A stretch of 64,000 bases of DNA, from the NCBI GenBank assembly GCA_045658845.1, contig JAZOVT010000093.1:33040-97039 (forward strand). Direction: 5' to 3'. Position 1 is the first letter of the stretch, and every line of letters begins with the position of its first letter. A program made the position numbers and the translations under genes. The notes under the pieces were generated by a model. It was given only the letters and a program-made list of their open reading frames with translations. It had not been told where the DNA came from and ran no database searches. This document shows, in pieces, positions 61,122-64,000 of this stretch. The stretch is from Alistipes sp. (GTDB taxonomy: Bacteria > Bacteroidota > Bacteroidia > Bacteroidales > Rikenellaceae).

Positions 61122-62318
61122 ATGAAAAAGAGCGTTTTAACACTTGCGGCTCTGGTAATAGCGATATTATCCATCAACATAGAGCCAAGCATAGCGCAAG
61201 AGAAGGCGCAGAAGTATGACGTTGCGGCATTCCTCTACCCCGCCTACGCTTCGGACGATGTGCGCTTACGCCCATTCTGGCCTATGGGTATAGGCGAATG
61301 GGAGACCGTGATGACTATGCAGCAGCGTAATCCTGGCCACTATTGGGACCGCAAGCCTTTGTGGGGTTATATCAACGAGGCTGACCCAAAGGTTATGGAG
61401 ATGGAGATTGAGCAGGCTACAAAGCACGGTGTAAATGTATTCATCTTCGATTGGTATTGGTACGACGGACGTCCGTTTATGGAGACTACGCTGAACAACG
61501 GTTTCCTGAAGGCGGAGAATGTCGATAAGATGAAGTTCTACTTGATGTGGGCCAACCACGACGTACTCAACTTATGGGACACACGTTTGGCTCGCTACAA
61601 CGAGAACAATGTCATCTGGCAAGGCAAGGTTGACCGCGAGGAGTTCGAAAAGATTTGTCTGCGCAACATTGAGATGTACTTCAAGCATCCGCAGTACTAC
61701 AAGATTGACGGTAAACCTGTATTTATGATATATGACCTACCCAACCTCATTAACGGATTGGGCGGCATAGAGCAGACTGCAGATGCGCTGAAATGGTTCC
61801 GCAAGCAGGTACGCAAGGCTGGATTTCCCGACTTGGAGTTACAATTTGCGCTGTGGGCTATAAATCTAAATTACAGCGGCTTGGATGCATCAAAAAGCGA
61901 CAATCCGCAGGATGATTTCATCCGCACGCTCGGCTTTGATTCATCGACACACTATCAGTTTGTACACTTCACCGATGTAAACCGCGATTACGCCGAGATA
62001 ATGAATGATGTGGAGAAAGAATGGGCAAGAATAGATGACGCATACTCATTTAAGTACTATCCGCACGTCAGCATTGGTTGGGACAACAGCCCCCGCACAG
62101 CACATAGCGCTGTGATGAAGAACAACACTCCCGAGGCATTTGCTGAGGCTCTGCGCAAGGCAAAGGCACACGCCGACAAGCACCCCGAGCAGGCACCGCT
62201 AATTACAATCAACAGTTGGAACGAGTGGACCGAGACAAGTTATCTGCAACCTTGCAATATTTACGGCTATGGATATTTGGAGGCTGTGAAGAGGGTCTTT
62301 ATTGATGAAGTAAAATAG
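61122..62318 (+). CDS. GH99-like glycoside hydrolase domain protein
   Basis: Signal peptide, PLWGY, FDWYW, MWANH, IDGKPV, GWDNSPR, NSWNEWTE. Confidence 0.82.
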   Translation: MKKSVLTLAALVIAILSINIEPSIAQEKAQKYDVAAFLYPAYASDDVRLRPFWPMGIGEWETVMTMQQRNPGHYWDRKPLWGYINEADPKVMEMEIEQATKHGVNVFIFDWYWYDGRPFMETTLNNGFLKAENVDKMKFYLMWANHDVLNLWDTRLARYNENNVIWQGKVDREEFEKICLRNIEMYFKHPQYYKIDGKPVFMIYDLPNLINGLGGIEQTADALKWFRKQVRKAGFPDLELQFALWAINLNYSGLDASKSDNPQDDFIRTLGFDSSTHYQFVHFTDVNRDYAEIMNDVEKEWARIDDAYSFKYYPHVSIGWDNSPRTAHSAVMKNNTPEAFAEALRKAKAHADKHPEQAPLITINSWNEWTETSYLQPCNIYGYGYLEAVKRVFIDEVK

Positions 62319-62324
62319 AAACTT

Positions 62325-62759
62325 ATGGGATACGAAGAGGAGAAATTACGACAGCTCGACATACGCTATCTGCGTATGGCAAGAGTATGGGCCGAAAATT
62401 CATATTGCGTACGCCGTCAGGTAGGTGCGCTAATCGTAAAGGATAAGATGATTATTTCGGACGGATACAACGGTACGCCTTCGGGATTTGAGAATATATG
62501 CGAGGATGAGGTTACGGGTAAGACCAAATCGTATGTTCTACACGCCGAGGCAAATGCTATCACCAAAGTAGCCAAGAGTGCTAACAACTGCGACGGCTCG
62601 ACACTCTACATCACAGCCGCCCCCTGCATCGAGTGCTCGAAACTGATTATTCAGGCAGGTATCAAGCGCGTGGTATATTGCGATGATTACCGTTCGGAAG
62701 AGGGCTTGAATCTTTTGAAACGCGTCGGCATTGAGTGCGTAAAGCGAGATATTGAGTAA
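62325..62759 (+). CDS. dCMP deaminase family protein
   Basis: GYNGTP, HAEANA, PCIEC. Confidence 0.95.
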   Translation: MGYEEEKLRQLDIRYLRMARVWAENSYCVRRQVGALIVKDKMIISDGYNGTPSGFENICEDEVTGKTKSYVLHAEANAITKVAKSANNCDGSTLYITAAPCIECSKLIIQAGIKRVVYCDDYRSEEGLNLLKRVGIECVKRDIE

Positions 62760-62782
62760 ACGTATATAATTATAGACAAAGT

Positions 62783-62817
62783 TAATGGGCTGCCAACATT
62801 TAGTTAGCAGCCCATTA
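62783..62817. terminator. Bidirectional terminator
   Basis: TAATGGGCTGC / GCAGCCCATTA stem between convergent genes. Confidence 0.8.
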
Positions 62818-62837
62818 CTATTATAGTAGATTGAAAA

Positions 62838-63998
62838 CTAATCGACCTTCAACTGAATGGCACGAATATATCCCTTCTGAATATTACAATTCTCAAAGCG
62901 GCTATTCTCAACAAACTGCATCAACGCCTTACGAGCCTCCTCCTGATTGGGACGAGCCTTGCGAATCTCGTTGTATGTGCCGCGTGGAGCCTCCGAGAAG
63001 GCTATAATCTTGCGCCAACCTTCGGGAGCCTTAATACCTACAAATGAACTATTGTGAATCTTCTTATAGGGCCAGAAAGTGTAGCCAATATTATTCTCGA
63101 CCATAGTCTTGCAGAATGACGCCATCCACTCATCGGTATTGTGACCAATCTCACCCATATACATCGGGCGGTTATAACGGTCACGGAATTCGATAAAACT
63201 GCGAATAGCATTGGCGTCTGTTCCACCTCCATAGCGGTGACAAGTGTACATAATCTTATCGTCGAAAAGCGTATTCTCCAACGGCTTGAAGTTACCATTC
63301 CACTGCGCACCGCCCAACAAAATAATATGATTCTTATCTACCGAACGGATTGCATCTACACCTTTTTTATATACACCCGCCAACTTGGCATCAATCTCGG
63401 CCTGATTCTCAAAATATGGCGCGATAGGCTCATTAAGCAAATCGTAACCCAAAATAACAGGCTCATTCTTATAGTGCTGTGCAATACGCTTCCAGATGTC
63501 ACAATAGAGTTTCTGGCTCTCCTCGCTCTCAAAAAGCCAAGGATAGCCGTGGCTGTCGTCGATATTATCACCCGTCTGGCCACCAGGAGCATCGTGCATA
63601 TCCAAAATCAAATATACACCCTTGCCACGACACCACTCAACGAGTTGGTCGATGCGCTCAAATCCATCCTGCTCCGCTGTAAGGCCCATATAATCCTCGT
63701 CGGTAAAGAGTTTATAGTGGAACGGCACTCGGATAGTATTTGCGCCCGTAGAAACAATAAAATCAATATCTTTCTCTGTGATATAGTTATCTTTGAAGGC
63801 GCGCCAAAACTCAGCCGCAAAATCGGGGCCTACCAACTGGCTCAACATAAGGTTGATGTTGCTCGCAGAGTTGGTCTTCGAAAAGCCAAACATATAACCC
63901 TCGGGGTTAAGCCAATTTCCCAAATTAGTACCGCGGATAAAGAATTTCTCACCATCGGGAGCCACAAGATTTGGTCCATCAATAGTTATAAATTTTGA
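62838..63998 (-). CDS. GH5 family glycoside hydrolase (5' end outside window)
   Basis: NLGNWL, IRVPF, LDMH, LNEP (acid/base), GEIG (nucleophile). The frame is open to the window edge. Confidence 0.92.
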   Translation of the reverse strand, partial: SKFITIDGPNLVAPDGEKFFIRGTNLGNWLNPEGYMFGFSKTNSASNINLMLSQLVGPDFAAEFWRAFKDNYITEKDIDFIVSTGANTIRVPFHYKLFTDEDYMGLTAEQDGFERIDQLVEWCRGKGVYLILDMHDAPGGQTGDNIDDSHGYPWLFESEESQKLYCDIWKRIAQHYKNEPVILGYDLLNEPIAPYFENQAEIDAKLAGVYKKGVDAIRSVDKNHIILLGGAQWNGNFKPLENTLFDDKIMYTCHRYGGGTDANAIRSFIEFRDRYNRPMYMGEIGHNTDEWMASFCKTMVENNIGYTFWPYKKIHNSSFVGIKAPEGWRKIIAFSEAPRGTYNEIRKARPNQEEARKALMQFVENSRFENCNIQKGYIRAIQLKVD

Positions 63999-64000
63999 TT

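Overview
Chromosomal segment of a Bacteroidales bacterium, probably Rikenellaceae/Alistipes-like (inferred from gene content, TAnnTTTG promoters and many SPII lipoproteins). Most of it is housekeeping: ruvA, ompH, ispE, cdaA, a moxR-bat cluster, HU, tRNA-Ser, mutL, grpE-dnaJ, a murF-alr fusion, mutS2, mlaD, an amidase, lptD, ABC-F, sufE/sufT, secA and dCMP deaminase. Interspersed accessory surface or carbohydrate genes include tandem CotH-kinase genes, an SGNH hydrolase, a Gfo/Idh/MocA pair, an FAD oxidoreductase, a GH99-like protein and a GH5. I saw no CRISPR array, integrase, transposase, rRNA or reverse transcriptase. The most notable observations are: (1) a tandem-FKBP lipoprotein with a 74-aa, 47% Tyr prion-like insert; (2) a five-lipoprotein type V pilin/PCMD-like operon divergent from two beta-barrel genes, the two promoters sharing a 19-bp element at the same spacing; (3) apparent near-total avoidance of GATC and CATG; (4) a PafA-like pseudo-phosphatase; (5) a MutL with degenerate endonuclease motifs; (6) an in-frame TGA in an otherwise conserved CotH paralog. 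All family assignments come from motif recognition by eye, not from database searches.
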